DNA of 64,000 bases from Bacillus thermozeamaize (GTDB taxonomy: Bacteria; Bacillota; Bacilli; ZCTH02-B2), in NCBI GenBank assembly GCA_002159075.1, contig LZRT01000072.1:7096-71095 (forward strand), written 5' to 3'. The notes under the pieces were generated by a model, which worked only from the letters and a program-made list of their open reading frames with translations, did no database searches and had not been told where the DNA came from. Below are positions 41,763 through 52,046 of the stretch, piece by piece. Numbering within the stretch: the first letter of the stretch is position 1; the number at the start of each line of letters is the position of its first letter. Position numbers and translations under genes: made by a program.

Positions 41763-43265
41763 ATGAGCAACCTACAGAACAAAACAGACGTGATCTTGAT
41801 TGGTGCCGGCATCATGAGCGCGACGTTGGGAACCTTGCTGAAAGAGTTGGCGCCGGAATGGGAAATCAAGGTCTTTGAGAAACTCGCAACCGCAGGCGAA
41901 GAAAGCTCCAACGAATGGAATAATGCAGGTACGGGCCATGCCGCACTATGCGAGCTGAACTATACACCCGAAAAACCGGACGGATCGGTAGATATCAGCA
42001 AAGCGATAAAAGTGAATGAACAATTTCAGCTTTCCAAACAGTTTTGGTCTTATCTGGTAAGCCGAAATCTGATTCGGAATCCGCAGGACTTTATCATGCC
42101 CATCCCTCATATGAGTTTCGTACAAGGGGAAAAGAACGTCGCGTTTTTGAAAAAACGGTTTGAAGCGCTGTCAAGCATCCCCCTGTTTAAAGGGATGGAA
42201 TTTTCTGATGATCCTGTTAAGTTAAGAGGGTGGTTTCCGCTGATCATGGAAGGCCGTACCGTGAAGGAACCGATCGCGGCCACAAAAATCGACTCGGGAA
42301 CCGATGTCAACTTCGGTGCGTTAACCCGCATGTTGTTTGACCACTTGAAGCGTCAACACGTCGAGATCCGATACAAGCATCATGTTCAGGATATTAAACG
42401 TGCGGGCGACGGCTCGTGGATCGTGAAAGTGCATGATCTCGACACTGGCAACATCGAATACCATACGGCAAAATTCGTTTTTATCGGCGCTGGGGGCGGA
42501 AGTCTGCCGTTGCTGCAAAAAACCGGTATTCCTGAGTCAAAACGGATTGGCGGATTCCCGGTAAGCGGACTGTTTATGGTATGTAAAAATCCGGAAGTGA
42601 TCGCCAAGCACCATGCCAAAGTGTACGGGAAAGCCAAGGTTGGTGCTCCTCCCATGTCGGTGCCGCATCTTGACACCCGATATATTGATAACCAAAAAAC
42701 GTTGCTGTTTGGACCGTTTGCCGGCTTCTCACCAAAGTTCTTGAAAACGGGTTCCTATTTTGATCTGATCCGTTCCGTAAAACCGCATAATATCCTGACG
42801 ATGTTGGCGGCGGGCGTAAAAGAGATGGCGTTGACAAAGTATCTGATCCAGCAAGTGATGCTATCGAATGAGCAGCGCATGGAAGAATTGCGCGAGTTTG
42901 TTCCGACCGCCAGAAGGGAAGATTGGGAGATCGTGGTCGCCGGCCAACGTGTGCAGGTGATCAAAGATACAAAGGAAGGCGGCAGAGGAACCCTGCAATT
43001 CGGTACGGAAGTGGTTACTGCCGCTGACGGCTCGGTAGCCGCGTTGCTCGGCGCTTCTCCGGGCGCTTCTACTGCCGTTTATGTGATGCTTGAGGTATTG
43101 GAAAAATGCTTCCCGAAACAAATGAAAGTATGGGAACCGAAAATCAAAGAAATGATTCCTTCCTATGGCGTCTCACTCGCGGAAAACCCGGATCTTTTGC
43201 AGGAAATTCATGCTTCAACCTCGCAGACGCTGGGTCTGACCGAAAGCGAACTGGTTTACAGTTAA
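41763..43265 (+). CDS. mqo: malate:quinone oxidoreductase
   Basis: N-terminal FAD motif [15 protein letters not shown]. 500 aa. AAAGGAAGGAG RBS. GC noticeably lower than the backbone. Confidence 0.9.
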   Translation: MSNLQNKTDVILIGAGIMSATLGTLLKELAPEWEIKVFEKLATAGEESSNEWNNAGTGHAALCELNYTPEKPDGSVDISKAIKVNEQFQLSKQFWSYLVSRNLIRNPQDFIMPIPHMSFVQGEKNVAFLKKRFEALSSIPLFKGMEFSDDPVKLRGWFPLIMEGRTVKEPIAATKIDSGTDVNFGALTRMLFDHLKRQHVEIRYKHHVQDIKRAGDGSWIVKVHDLDTGNIEYHTAKFVFIGAGGGSLPLLQKTGIPESKRIGGFPVSGLFMVCKNPEVIAKHHAKVYGKAKVGAPPMSVPHLDTRYIDNQKTLLFGPFAGFSPKFLKTGSYFDLIRSVKPHNILTMLAAGVKEMALTKYLIQQVMLSNEQRMEELREFVPTARREDWEIVVAGQRVQVIKDTKEGGRGTLQFGTEVVTAADGSVAALLGASPGASTAVYVMLEVLEKCFPKQMKVWEPKIKEMIPSYGVSLAENPDLLQEIHASTSQTLGLTESELVYS

Positions 43266-43466
43266 TCTTTTGGCTGTAGAAACAAGGGCTTGGATGAAAA
43301 AACAGAGATATGGAATTTATTGGAAATTCTTCGCCAAGAACTTTTGATCTGCCTTTGGATCGAAGGTTCTTTTTTTGAGAAGTTTTCAACTGTGGTTCAA
43401 ATCATGGGCCGTTACTCAAAAGAAATGGCCTGATGGAACAAATGGGGAAGGGGAAAACAGAGGCGG

Positions 43467-43826
43467 ATGAAGCGGTTATGTATTGTCCCATGCGGTTCGA
43501 AGAAGGTATGGGATAAAGCGCCGTCCATAGGGGCGACAGAAGCCAGACATGCCTATATCGGCACTTTTCATAAAGCATGTCAGCAATATGCGCTTCAATT
43601 TTTTAGCGATTGGGTGATCCTTTCGGCAAAATATGTTTTTGACAACAGCAAATTGGCATATCCGCTAAGTGATTGCAAAGGAATAGGGTTCATGGTTCAG
43701 AAACTGCAAAGAGCCGTTCAAGAGAAAAAGGAGATTTTATTCACCCCTTCTTCAAAAAGACAGAGCTTCATCGAAGTGGGGAAGTCCGATGAAGCCCAGC
43801 GCAGGATTTCTCTGCAAGAAAGGTGA
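43467..43826 (+). CDS. small conserved hypothetical protein with an N-terminal CxxPCGSKK motif
   Basis: 119 aa (MKRLCIVPCGSKKVWDKAPS…). Low GC. I cannot assign a family by eye. Confidence 0.5.
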   Translation: MKRLCIVPCGSKKVWDKAPSIGATEARHAYIGTFHKACQQYALQFFSDWVILSAKYVFDNSKLAYPLSDCKGIGFMVQKLQRAVQEKKEILFTPSSKRQSFIEVGKSDEAQRRISLQER

Positions 43827-43970
43827 TTCGGGAAATTCATAATAGAACGTTAGAACATGGAACGTTAGAACGTTTGATGAGATGGCGGTTGAAGAAACGG
43901 AGGCAGCGGAAACTGAAATAGGCGATGTGAATAGATAGCGATGTGAATAGAGGGTGATATTGCAGCCGTT

Positions 43971-44573
43971 TCATCCTTTCGCCTTCAACAATCTCAAAAC
44001 CATGTCGGCATCCGGCAGCGGACAATCTTTCCATTGGATCTTGCTGATGGCCAGACCCTGAATCAGGGAATAGTAGAGGACCGCCAATTTTTCCGGATCG
44101 TCCTGCAGGATTTCCCCGGTTTGTTGACCGGCTTTGATTAAAGGCAAGGTGGCCTTGATGGCGGAAAAGGCGAGCCCATCGTCCATCATTTGTTTCACTT
44201 CCTCGGGTATCGCATCAGATGTAAAAGCTTGCATCATGATCAAAAAGAGATACGCCCCCTCGCCGGCAATATGCTGCAAAATCATGTGCGTCATCCAACG
44301 CAGTTTTTGCAGAGGGGACCCCTCTTGTTGTTGCGCGTATTGAACGACGAGAGATGACCCTTGCAATGCCTTTTTTACCAGTGTGACGAAAATGTCTTCT
44401 TTGGATTTGAAGTAATGATAAACCAGACCGTGGCTTAATCCCGCTTCAGCGGCAATGTCGCTGATTTTGGCGGCGGCCATGCCCTTGCGGGCAAACACTT
44501 TCAACGCTGCTTGAAGAATCTGTTCCCTGCGTTCATCCCGGATTTGCTGATTTTGTTCTTCCGTTCTGGGCAT
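43971..44573 (-). CDS. TetR/AcrR family transcriptional regulator
   Basis: N-terminal HTH …AALKVFARKGMAAAKISDIAAEAGLSHGLVYHYFKSKE…. Confidence 0.9.
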   Translation of the reverse strand: MPRTEEQNQQIRDERREQILQAALKVFARKGMAAAKISDIAAEAGLSHGLVYHYFKSKEDIFVTLVKKALQGSSLVVQYAQQQEGSPLQKLRWMTHMILQHIAGEGAYLFLIMMQAFTSDAIPEEVKQMMDDGLAFSAIKATLPLIKAGQQTGEILQDDPEKLAVLYYSLIQGLAISKIQWKDCPLPDADMVLRLLKAKG

Positions 44574-44588
44574 GCGCTGTTCCCCCGT

Positions 44589-45776
44589 TTATCTGTTTGC
44601 GGCGTACATTTTGGCAAAGATTTTTCCTTTCCACGGCATTTTGTCCAAAACCCGCATATTCCAGTAAAACAGGTGCTTGAGAAGTTTGCTGCCATTCAAG
44701 CGTTGCATGGCCTTTTCCTGCCGGACCTGACCTTCCTGCAGTTTGTCGATTTCGTCCCTTCGCATCTGTTCAAACGCGATCAATTTGTCCCGGGAAAAAT
44801 CTTGGTCTTGTATGGCGTCCCAGATGATTGGTGCAAGAACGTCCGCATCTTTCATCGCCGCATTGACGCCGATTCCGCCGGCCGGGCTCATCGTATGCGC
44901 GGCGTCACCCATGATGATCAAGCCATTCTTCACCCAGGTTTCACATGTGCAGCTTTGCACGGGAAGGCACATAAAATCATTCCAATCGCAAATATGCCGC
45001 TCCACATATGGCTTTAATTCCGGCGCGGCTTTGATTAACGTGTCGATAAATGGCCGGAAATCCTGTTTCTTGAGGGAAGGGAACGATCCTTCCGCAATTT
45101 GCCAGCCAATCTGCAAGAAACCGCCGGTGCAGGCAAAAAGGGTAATTTGCGTATGATCGACGAGAACCATCCGCATCGTCGGCTCCCAATCGGGCGGAGC
45201 CGGAATTTTGGCCCATAGCACATCGTAACCGTGCTTCTTGATTTTTGTCGGAATGCCGGCCAGTTTTCTTACGCTGGAATGCCTTCCATCGGCCCCCACG
45301 ACAATTTTGCTGCGCACCTCCACTTCGCCGTCTTTGCTTTTCGCTTTCAACCCCGTCACCCGGTCCTGCTCCATCATTAACTCCTTGACGGTTGTATTCA
45401 TCAGCAATTCAAAACAGCCGGTTTGCCGCGCTTCTTCAATTAGCGCGCTGAGCAGGTGCTGATGGGGGAAGTGAATGCCGACATGCTCGATGCCAAACAG
45501 CTCGGGCGTGATGGACATCACTCTTTTGGCGCCGTGAAAAAATTCGACCCTTTTCATCGGCAAAATCCCCAGTTCCTTCACCTTGTCAAACAGCCGGTAT
45601 TTCTTTAATAAGGTTGCCACATCGCCATGAAGGTGTTCGCCGCGGAATTCACGGTCAAGTTCCGCATGGCGTTCGATGAGCAGGGTTTTAATCCCTTTGC
45701 GGGCCAGCAGAAACCCCAGGAATGCGCCGGCTGGACCCGCGCCGACAATACATACGTCCACATTGTAATGCGCCAT
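44589..45776 (-). CDS. FAD-dependent monooxygenase (UbiH/PheA-type flavoprotein hydroxylase)
   Basis: DVCIVGAGPAGAF (GxGxxG), DG motif …IVVGADGRHSSVR… and …GDAAH…. Co-oriented with the downstream TetR gene. Confidence 0.85.
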   Translation of the reverse strand: MAHYNVDVCIVGAGPAGAFLGFLLARKGIKTLLIERHAELDREFRGEHLHGDVATLLKKYRLFDKVKELGILPMKRVEFFHGAKRVMSITPELFGIEHVGIHFPHQHLLSALIEEARQTGCFELLMNTTVKELMMEQDRVTGLKAKSKDGEVEVRSKIVVGADGRHSSVRKLAGIPTKIKKHGYDVLWAKIPAPPDWEPTMRMVLVDHTQITLFACTGGFLQIGWQIAEGSFPSLKKQDFRPFIDTLIKAAPELKPYVERHICDWNDFMCLPVQSCTCETWVKNGLIIMGDAAHTMSPAGGIGVNAAMKDADVLAPIIWDAIQDQDFSRDKLIAFEQMRRDEIDKLQEGQVRQEKAMQRLNGSKLLKHLFYWNMRVLDKMPWKGKIFAKMYAANR

Positions 45777-46011
45777 GATTCATCCACCTTTTTGATTGAA
45801 TATCAAGTCAACCAAAAACCATGATTACACTATAATCCGCTTTTTTGTCAAAGTCAATAGCGAAGGGAAAAATTTTTGTTTGTGGCGAATGTGTGGATTC
45901 AGATCCAAATGCAGGCAGCGTGATAAATAATTGAGGTTCCCGGCGAGTTCAAACGCTCATTTGCGAACCGCCATTCTCAGATGCCAGTGATACGTGGGTA
46001 CGGAGATCTGC

Positions 46012-47151
46012 TTAAGGCTTGGCCGCAGAAGCCCCTCCGCTTCCGGCCGGGCGTCTCCCTTGCGGGCGGTTCCGGGTCAGCAGCCGCTTGGCCCACTGCA
46101 CGACGATGGCCAGGATGGGAATGCCGAGTGCCGTAACGAAGTAGTAACCGGGCGCCGTATACATGACGTATTCCAGCAATCTTCCGCTGTTTTCCATCAG
46201 AAAAAACGTCCCGGTTCCGACCGCCAGCGCCCCGGCCGTCACAAACGGACGGTAACTCTTGCAGCCAAACAGCGACTGAACGGCAACCAGCATGGTGTAG
46301 AAAAGTGCCGCCACGTTGAGGAACATGGTGGTGATCACGGTGATCACGTACAGCGGGTCGAGCCGTTCCAAAAAGGTGCCGATCCGAATGGTACGGATCA
46401 CTTCCAAAACGGGAAACAGAGAGGACGATCGGATCGGACCGAGCACCAGTGATGTCACCGACTCGGCCAGCAGGCCGGTCAAGCCCACCGCGACGCCGGA
46501 GATCAGCACATCCTTGCCCATTTTCCGGGGTTCTTTCAGGTTGCGTACCATCAGAAGCGCGATGATGAAATTGGTGGCAAACATCCAGGGAACCAGGGAG
46601 GCTCTGAGGACGGGCGAAAATCCGTCGGCCAACAGAGGCAAGACGTTGGAAAAATCGGCGTTCTGCAGAGCCAGCAGGTACAACGCGAATGTCGTGCCGA
46701 TGGCCCATGGAGATATGATCTCCGCCACCCGTCCCACGACCTCTATTCCCTTAAACACCGCGTAGATCACCGGCACCATAAAAACGGCAGCCGAAACATA
46801 AATCGGCGTATTCGGGAAAAAGTTGATGGTGACAAACAGGGTCATCTCCCGGAAAATCAGACAGTTGTTGAGAAACATCCAGACGAGCAGCCAAACCCCC
46901 AGAACCCGGCCGGGCCATGGACCAAACGCCGTTTGCAACGCTTCAATCAGATTCTGCCCGGGAAAGACGCGGACAAAGAGATAGACGATGCCGGAGAGGA
47001 AAAAAGTCCCCAGAATAAAAATCGGTCCCACCATCCAGGCATCGTGGATCACAAACTGCGCGATGGTCAACGGAAGGAGTAAAATTCCCGTCCCGATGAC
47101 GAGCCAGAACATCAGAAAGATGAATTGCAACCGGGATATTTGTTCGTACAT
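46012..47151 (-). CDS. spore germination protein, GerAB/GerKB (B subunit, APC-superfamily permease)
   Basis: Ten or more TM helices and a typical Ger B-subunit N-terminus (MYEQISRLQFIFLMFWLVIGTGILLLP). Confidence 0.85.
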   Translation of the reverse strand: MYEQISRLQFIFLMFWLVIGTGILLLPLTIAQFVIHDAWMVGPIFILGTFFLSGIVYLFVRVFPGQNLIEALQTAFGPWPGRVLGVWLLVWMFLNNCLIFREMTLFVTINFFPNTPIYVSAAVFMVPVIYAVFKGIEVVGRVAEIISPWAIGTTFALYLLALQNADFSNVLPLLADGFSPVLRASLVPWMFATNFIIALLMVRNLKEPRKMGKDVLISGVAVGLTGLLAESVTSLVLGPIRSSSLFPVLEVIRTIRIGTFLERLDPLYVITVITTMFLNVAALFYTMLVAVQSLFGCKSYRPFVTAGALAVGTGTFFLMENSGRLLEYVMYTAPGYYFVTALGIPILAIVVQWAKRLLTRNRPQGRRPAGSGGASAAKP

Positions 47152-47160
47152 GCCATCCCC

Positions 47161-47388
47161 CTACAGTGCGACGTAGATCCATTCCGTCAGCGGCCGGAAC
47201 AACCGCTCAAGGATCTCCAGAGGATAGATCCGTTGATTTGCGCCTGTGTAATATAAGGTGGCAAACAGGACGCCCACGGCAACCAGCCCCAGCAACACCA
47301 CGCATTCGCGCTTTTCCCCCTTTTTCCAGGCGAAGTATCCTTGCATCGCCGCTCCTGCGGCATAGCACAGCACGATCCCAATAAACAC
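47161..47388 (-). CDS. small two-TM membrane protein inside the ger operon (germinant receptor D-subunit-like)
   Basis: 75 aa from GTG at 47388 after GGGAGGGG (MFIGIVLCYAAGAAMQGYFAWKK…). Lies between the C and B subunit genes. Small D proteins of about 75 aa are known in some GerA-family operons. Confidence 0.5.
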   Translation of the reverse strand: MFIGIVLCYAAGAAMQGYFAWKKGEKRECVVLLGLVAVGVLFATLYYTGANQRIYPLEILERLFRPLTEWIYVAL

Positions 47389-47390
47389 GG

Positions 47391-48605
47391 TCAATCCCCT
47401 CCCGGAACGGATTTGGGCGGAAACAGTTCGGGCGTGTAGTTGTGCTCCGGCGGCGTGGTCAACATCCCCGGCCGGGTCACATCCACCTGCACGTCTATTT
47501 TCACCGGCACCTTGCCAAACAGCCGGGGCCACTCCTTGGCGTGGGCTCGCCACCACTTTGGATCAACCCGGTACACCGCCGACCCAAACATCGCGCCGTC
47601 CAATTTTCGTTGTTGCAAAAAGGCGACCGTCTTTCTCAATTGTTGCTCCAATTGGCTTCTTACAGCTTTTTTCATCTTCTTGAACGTCTCCGGCTCCAGA
47701 TAGTTCCCGTGGCACATCGTCACAGGCTCGCCGGTCCCGCGGATATGGACGTGAAACGCGATGTCCCCGCCCTTTCGGAGCGGCTTCAGCTCGTGCCGGA
47801 TAAAGCGAATCCGGACGACGCTTTTCCGGTTGGGTTGGTCGCAAGGGAGCTCGACGGTATAGGTTTCGATCTCCCCCCGCAACAGAAGAAGAGATTGGGC
47901 GAGCTGGAACGGAAGCAGTTCCGCCAGCTTGGCGCCGCGAAACAGTCCCACTCCCTTGAGGGTTGCCTTCTCCCGCTCCACATCGACCCAGGTCATGAGC
48001 GGCACATGGGAGGGAGAGAGCAGTTGGTTCAAAAAGATCCTTTCCGTGGTGGGCGCAATCACAAATTCGATGTCCGCCGGCAGGAGCAGCCGCTGCAGCC
48101 CCAGCGCGTTGACCTGTTCCATGCCGCCCACGGTGGCATGGAGCACCTCCTCGGCTGTGCCTGATGTCACGCAAAAAAGCTGTGTGCGGCGGAACTCCCG
48201 GCTCCTGAGAAGGAAGTCCAATACCGGATCGATGCCGTTTTCGGCGTATTCGCGGCCGAACACCACAACCGTGTTGTGCGCAAAATAGAGACGCCGGGGA
48301 GCCACGCGCCGCAAGTTCTCAACCGCCTCCTCCACCGTCCTGCCCTCGGAGGAAAGGTTGATATACTCCTTGCCCCCGCCTCCTCCCCCTTGCTGGCCCA
48401 TGCCTTCCGTTGAGGTTGCCCCGACCACCACGTTCCGCATCTGTACCGTCACCCGCACGTCCTCTCCATCTTTATCGATGCCAAAGCCGACGACGATGTT
48501 CAGGTCGGAGATTTCCGTCAAGTCCCCGCAGGCGGAGAGAACCCATCCGGCAGCAGCCAGCATCAGACAAATGGCCCTTTTGGAAACAGATGTGTTTATC
48601 CGCAA
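47391..48605 (-). CDS. spore germination lipoprotein, GerAC (C subunit)
   Basis: Likely TTG start at 48605 after GGAGGGTGA, giving signal peptide MRINTSVSKRAICLMLAAAGWVLSAC with lipobox LSAC. Ger_C domain. Confidence 0.8.
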   Translation of the reverse strand: MRINTSVSKRAICLMLAAAGWVLSACGDLTEISDLNIVVGFGIDKDGEDVRVTVQMRNVVVGATSTEGMGQQGGGGGGKEYINLSSEGRTVEEAVENLRRVAPRRLYFAHNTVVVFGREYAENGIDPVLDFLLRSREFRRTQLFCVTSGTAEEVLHATVGGMEQVNALGLQRLLLPADIEFVIAPTTERIFLNQLLSPSHVPLMTWVDVEREKATLKGVGLFRGAKLAELLPFQLAQSLLLLRGEIETYTVELPCDQPNRKSVVRIRFIRHELKPLRKGGDIAFHVHIRGTGEPVTMCHGNYLEPETFKKMKKAVRSQLEQQLRKTVAFLQQRKLDGAMFGSAVYRVDPKWWRAHAKEWPRLFGKVPVKIDVQVDVTRPGMLTTPPEHNYTPELFPPKSVPGGD

Positions 48606-48624
48606 TCTTGTCACCCTCCAGCGT

Positions 48625-50154
48625 TTAGGGGATCCTCTTGTCGGCCGGCTCGTACAAATGAGGCCGTTTTTTGACATTCCGGAAGGGTGCCCTGAAAAAC
48701 AAGTCCTTGTGATCCTCCGCCTGCGACCAGACGAAAGGCGTGATCGGTGCCAGGTACGGCACCCCGAACGACCGCAGCGACGCCAGGTGAATCAGGAGCA
48801 GCAATACCATCAGGATGATGCCGTAGAGTCCAAAAAACCCGGCATCGATGATGAAGATGAAGCGGAGGATGCGCGACGTGAGCCCCAGGTGGTAGTACGG
48901 TACGGAAAAGGAGGCAATCCCCGTCAGGGAAACGACCATGACGACCAGCGGAGAGACCAGTCCCGCTGATACCGCCGCGTCTCCAATCACCAGTGCCCCT
49001 ACGATGCTGACCGACTGCCCGATGGACCGGGGCAAGCGAAGCCCCGCCTCGCGCAGCGCTTCGAAGATCACTTCCATGATCAGCACCTCCGCCACGGTGG
49101 GAAACGGTATGCCTTCGTGGCTCGCCGCGATGGTAATCAAGAGCCGGCTCGGCAGCATTTCCTGGTGATAGCTCAACAGCGCGACGTACAATGCGGGCAG
49201 CAACATCGAAAGCCAGAAGAGGACGTGCCGGAGCACACGGATGACAGTGGCTACGAGATAATTCTCGTAATAGTCTTCGCTTGACTGCAAAAAACTGAAA
49301 AGTGTTGTCGGCACCAAAATGCTCATGGGGGAACCGTCCACGAGAAGCACGGCACGCCCTTGCAGGAGGGAGGAGGCGATCACGTCGGGACGCTCCGTGA
49401 ATTGCACGGTGGGAAAGAGGGTCCGGGGCGCATCACGGATGTACTCGGCGACGTAATTGCTTTCCAGGATCCCGTCCAGCTGTACCTTTTTCAGCCGCTG
49501 TTTCAGTTCCGTTACAATGCTTGGCTTGATGATGCCCTCGACGTAGAGCAGGGCGATACGGGTGCGGGTTACTGTTCCTCTGGTCTCCATTTCCATCTTG
49601 AGGCGGGGGCTTCTGATCCGTTTGCGGATGAGGCCGATGTTTTGTTCGATGTCCTCGATGAACGCCTCCTGCGGTCCCAGGACCGCTGCTTCGACGACGG
49701 GCCGCTCGACTTGCCGCCCTGGCGTTTTGATGAGTTCCACGATGGCTGCTCCGGCAATCCCTTCCGCGAAGACGGCCACTTTCCCTGCGGCCAGACAGGC
49801 GTCAACATCCCGCCACCCCGTTTTCCACTGGAGGCTTCCAACCTGGAGGAGATTGCCCAGCTGCGCCTGTGAGACAATCCGCCTGTCCGCGCGGGTGAGC
49901 GGTTCCACGATGCCCTCCTGCAGCAACAGTTTGTCCACCAGGGTGTCCAGCCACACGATGGCCAAGCGGTTGCCCCCTGCATCCAGCCGGCGGATCTCCA
50001 GATCGTGGCACTTCTCCCACACATTGGACAGATGGGACAACGTCTCATCCAGATCGGGCGACACTTCGCGATCCGGTTGATCGGCGGGAATGTTCCACAC
50101 TTTTGGCTGTTTGCGCGCTTTCACTTTGGAGCGCCGCTTCCTTCTCACGACCAT
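48625..50154 (-). CDS. spore germination protein, GerAA (A subunit)
   Basis: 509 aa. Soluble N-terminal domain plus a C-terminal 5-TM region typical of GerA-family A subunits. Confidence 0.85.
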   Translation of the reverse strand: MVVRRKRRSKVKARKQPKVWNIPADQPDREVSPDLDETLSHLSNVWEKCHDLEIRRLDAGGNRLAIVWLDTLVDKLLLQEGIVEPLTRADRRIVSQAQLGNLLQVGSLQWKTGWRDVDACLAAGKVAVFAEGIAGAAIVELIKTPGRQVERPVVEAAVLGPQEAFIEDIEQNIGLIRKRIRSPRLKMEMETRGTVTRTRIALLYVEGIIKPSIVTELKQRLKKVQLDGILESNYVAEYIRDAPRTLFPTVQFTERPDVIASSLLQGRAVLLVDGSPMSILVPTTLFSFLQSSEDYYENYLVATVIRVLRHVLFWLSMLLPALYVALLSYHQEMLPSRLLITIAASHEGIPFPTVAEVLIMEVIFEALREAGLRLPRSIGQSVSIVGALVIGDAAVSAGLVSPLVVMVVSLTGIASFSVPYYHLGLTSRILRFIFIIDAGFFGLYGIILMVLLLLIHLASLRSFGVPYLAPITPFVWSQAEDHKDLFFRAPFRNVKKRPHLYEPADKRIP

Positions 50155-50362
50155 TCCCCCCTTGCACTCCCAGGTTATCCATACCTTTCCACTGATTCCG
50201 CCATTTTATGTAATCTCTGGCGAATGACGGATTTGGGATTTGAATTCTGAAATTTTGGATGTTACATTGAAGATGTTACAGAAATCCCGCGCGAAAGCCC
50301 ACTCCTTCAGAAGTGGTATGAAGTGTGTTGGAGTTTATTCGTTGAACCGATACAATTATGGC

Positions 50363-50762
50363 ATGGGACAAGAATATCGCCATACGAAAACTACCGTATC
50401 GCTCATCAACTATCATTTCGTGTTCTGTCCGCGATATCGGCGGAAAGTTCTCGTTGGTCAAGTGGAATCACGGTTCAAGGAACTGGCAAGCGAGATTTGC
50501 GCCCAAAACGACTGGCTGATTCTTGCGATGGAAATTTATGCCGGATCATGTTCATTTGTTTCTCAATTGTCTCTCGACAGATTCGCCTTCCAGAATGATG
50601 GCGACGATCAAGGGGATCACATCCAGGCGACTGCGTGAAGAATTCCCGCATCTAAGACACCTTCACAGTCTATGGACGCGTTCCTTCTTTGTGAGTACGG
50701 CAGGAAACGTGTCCAGCGATACGATCCGCTGGTATGTCGAAGCACAGAGGAAGCGCGGGTGA
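50363..50762 (+). pseudogene. tnpA: IS200-type Y1 transposase TnpA, interrupted by a +1 frameshift
   Basis: MGQEYRHTKTTVSLINYHFVFCPRYRRK…AMEI, then the protein continues in another frame (…FMPDHVHLF…[16 protein letters not shown]…). There is an extra T in the run AAATTTATG near 50537. Confidence 0.75.
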
Positions 50763-51880
50763 ACGAGGTGCACAAAGCCTATTCCTTCCGTCTCTATCCG
50801 ACAAAAGAACAGGAACAGCAAATTCGGCGCACCATCGGGTGCTGCCGGTTTGTGTTCAACCATTTCCTCGCACGGCGGAAAGAAGCCTATGAGCGGGACG
50901 GCACCACCCTGAACCAATACGCCTGTATGAGCGAACTCCCTGCGTTGAAACAACAGTGCCCCTGGCTTCAAGAAGTGGATTCCACGGCCTTGCAACGGAC
51001 GGTGGAAGAGTTGGACGACGCTTTCCAGAGGTTCTTCCGGGAGAAGAAAGGCTACCCGCGCTTCAAGAGCAAGAAACACCCAAAGCAGTCCTACACCTCG
51101 AAACGGAATGGCAGAGAGGACACCAAGGCGACTATCCGCATTGAGGACAACCAGATTCGGCTTCCGAAGGTAGGATGGGTGAAGTTCGCCAAATCCAGGG
51201 AAGTGCAGGGACGCATTCTCTCGGCCACGGTTCGTCTGGCGCCTTCGGGTAAATTCTTCGTCTCTGTGTTGGTGGATACGGAGATTCAGCCTCTAGAGCC
51301 GCGGACGAACGCCGTTGGCCTCGACCTGGGACTGCTGGATTTCGCCGTGCTCAGTATCGGAGAGAAGATCCCGAACCCTCGACACCTTCGGAAACTCGAA
51401 GGGAAACTGAAACGCTGGCAGCGCATTCTTTCCCGCCGGAAACCGGGTGGGAAGAACCGGGAGAAGGCCCGGTTGAAAGCGGCCCGGCTCCACGAGAAGG
51501 TGCGAAACGCCCGGATGGACTTCCTGCACAAGCTGTCCACCCGGCTGATACGCGAGAACCAAGTGATCTGCCTGGAGGGCTTGCAGGTGCAGAACATGCA
51601 GCAGAACCACCGGCTGGCGGGAAGCATCGCCGACGCCAGTTGGTCGGAATTCCGGCGGCAGTTGGAGTACAAAGCAAAGTGGTACGGACGGCAGGTGGTG
51701 ATCGTTTCGCCCGTCTTCCCTTCCAGCCAGCTTTGCTCCTGCTGCGGACACCGAAACACCGGGACGAAGGACCTGTCTGTCCGGCAGTGGACATGTCCGG
51801 TGTGCGGCGAAATCCACGACCGGGATGTCAACGCCGCAAGAAACATTCTGCAAGAAGGCTTGCGTTGTCTGTCCGCCTGA
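50759..51880 (+). CDS. tnpB: IS605-family TnpB (OrfB) RuvC-like RNA-guided nuclease
   Basis: Starts …[14 protein letters not shown]…. RuvC motifs and a C-terminal zinc finger CSCCGH…CPVCG. GTGA overlap with the tnpA end. Confidence 0.85.
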   Translation: MNEVHKAYSFRLYPTKEQEQQIRRTIGCCRFVFNHFLARRKEAYERDGTTLNQYACMSELPALKQQCPWLQEVDSTALQRTVEELDDAFQRFFREKKGYPRFKSKKHPKQSYTSKRNGREDTKATIRIEDNQIRLPKVGWVKFAKSREVQGRILSATVRLAPSGKFFVSVLVDTEIQPLEPRTNAVGLDLGLLDFAVLSIGEKIPNPRHLRKLEGKLKRWQRILSRRKPGGKNREKARLKAARLHEKVRNARMDFLHKLSTRLIRENQVICLEGLQVQNMQQNHRLAGSIADASWSEFRRQLEYKAKWYGRQVVIVSPVFPSSQLCSCCGHRNTGTKDLSVRQWTCPVCGEIHDRDVNAARNILQEGLRCLSA

Positions 51881-52046
51881 GCGGACTGAACCGTGGGACA
51901 CACGGGGATCGCTTGGTGCCGCAAGGCGGAACTCCCGGTTGCGGGAGTGCTCCCAAGAATCCCACGGCTTTAGCCGTGCGGAGTGTCAAATTGAAACTGA
52001 TGTGCCTGATCGATTCATATGAGAACGCAAGCGGGGGGAATGGACG

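Larger units (their letters stand above)
50260..51990 (+). mobile_element. IS200/IS605-family insertion sequence (tnpA-tnpB)
   Basis: Y1 transposase plus TnpB. Candidate left-end TTAC sites at 50262-65 and 50276-79. Subterminal hairpins at the right end (CTCCCG-GTTG-CGGGAG, CACGGC-TTTA-GCCGTG) and a TCAA at 51986-89 as in IS608. Boundaries are approximate. Confidence 0.7.
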
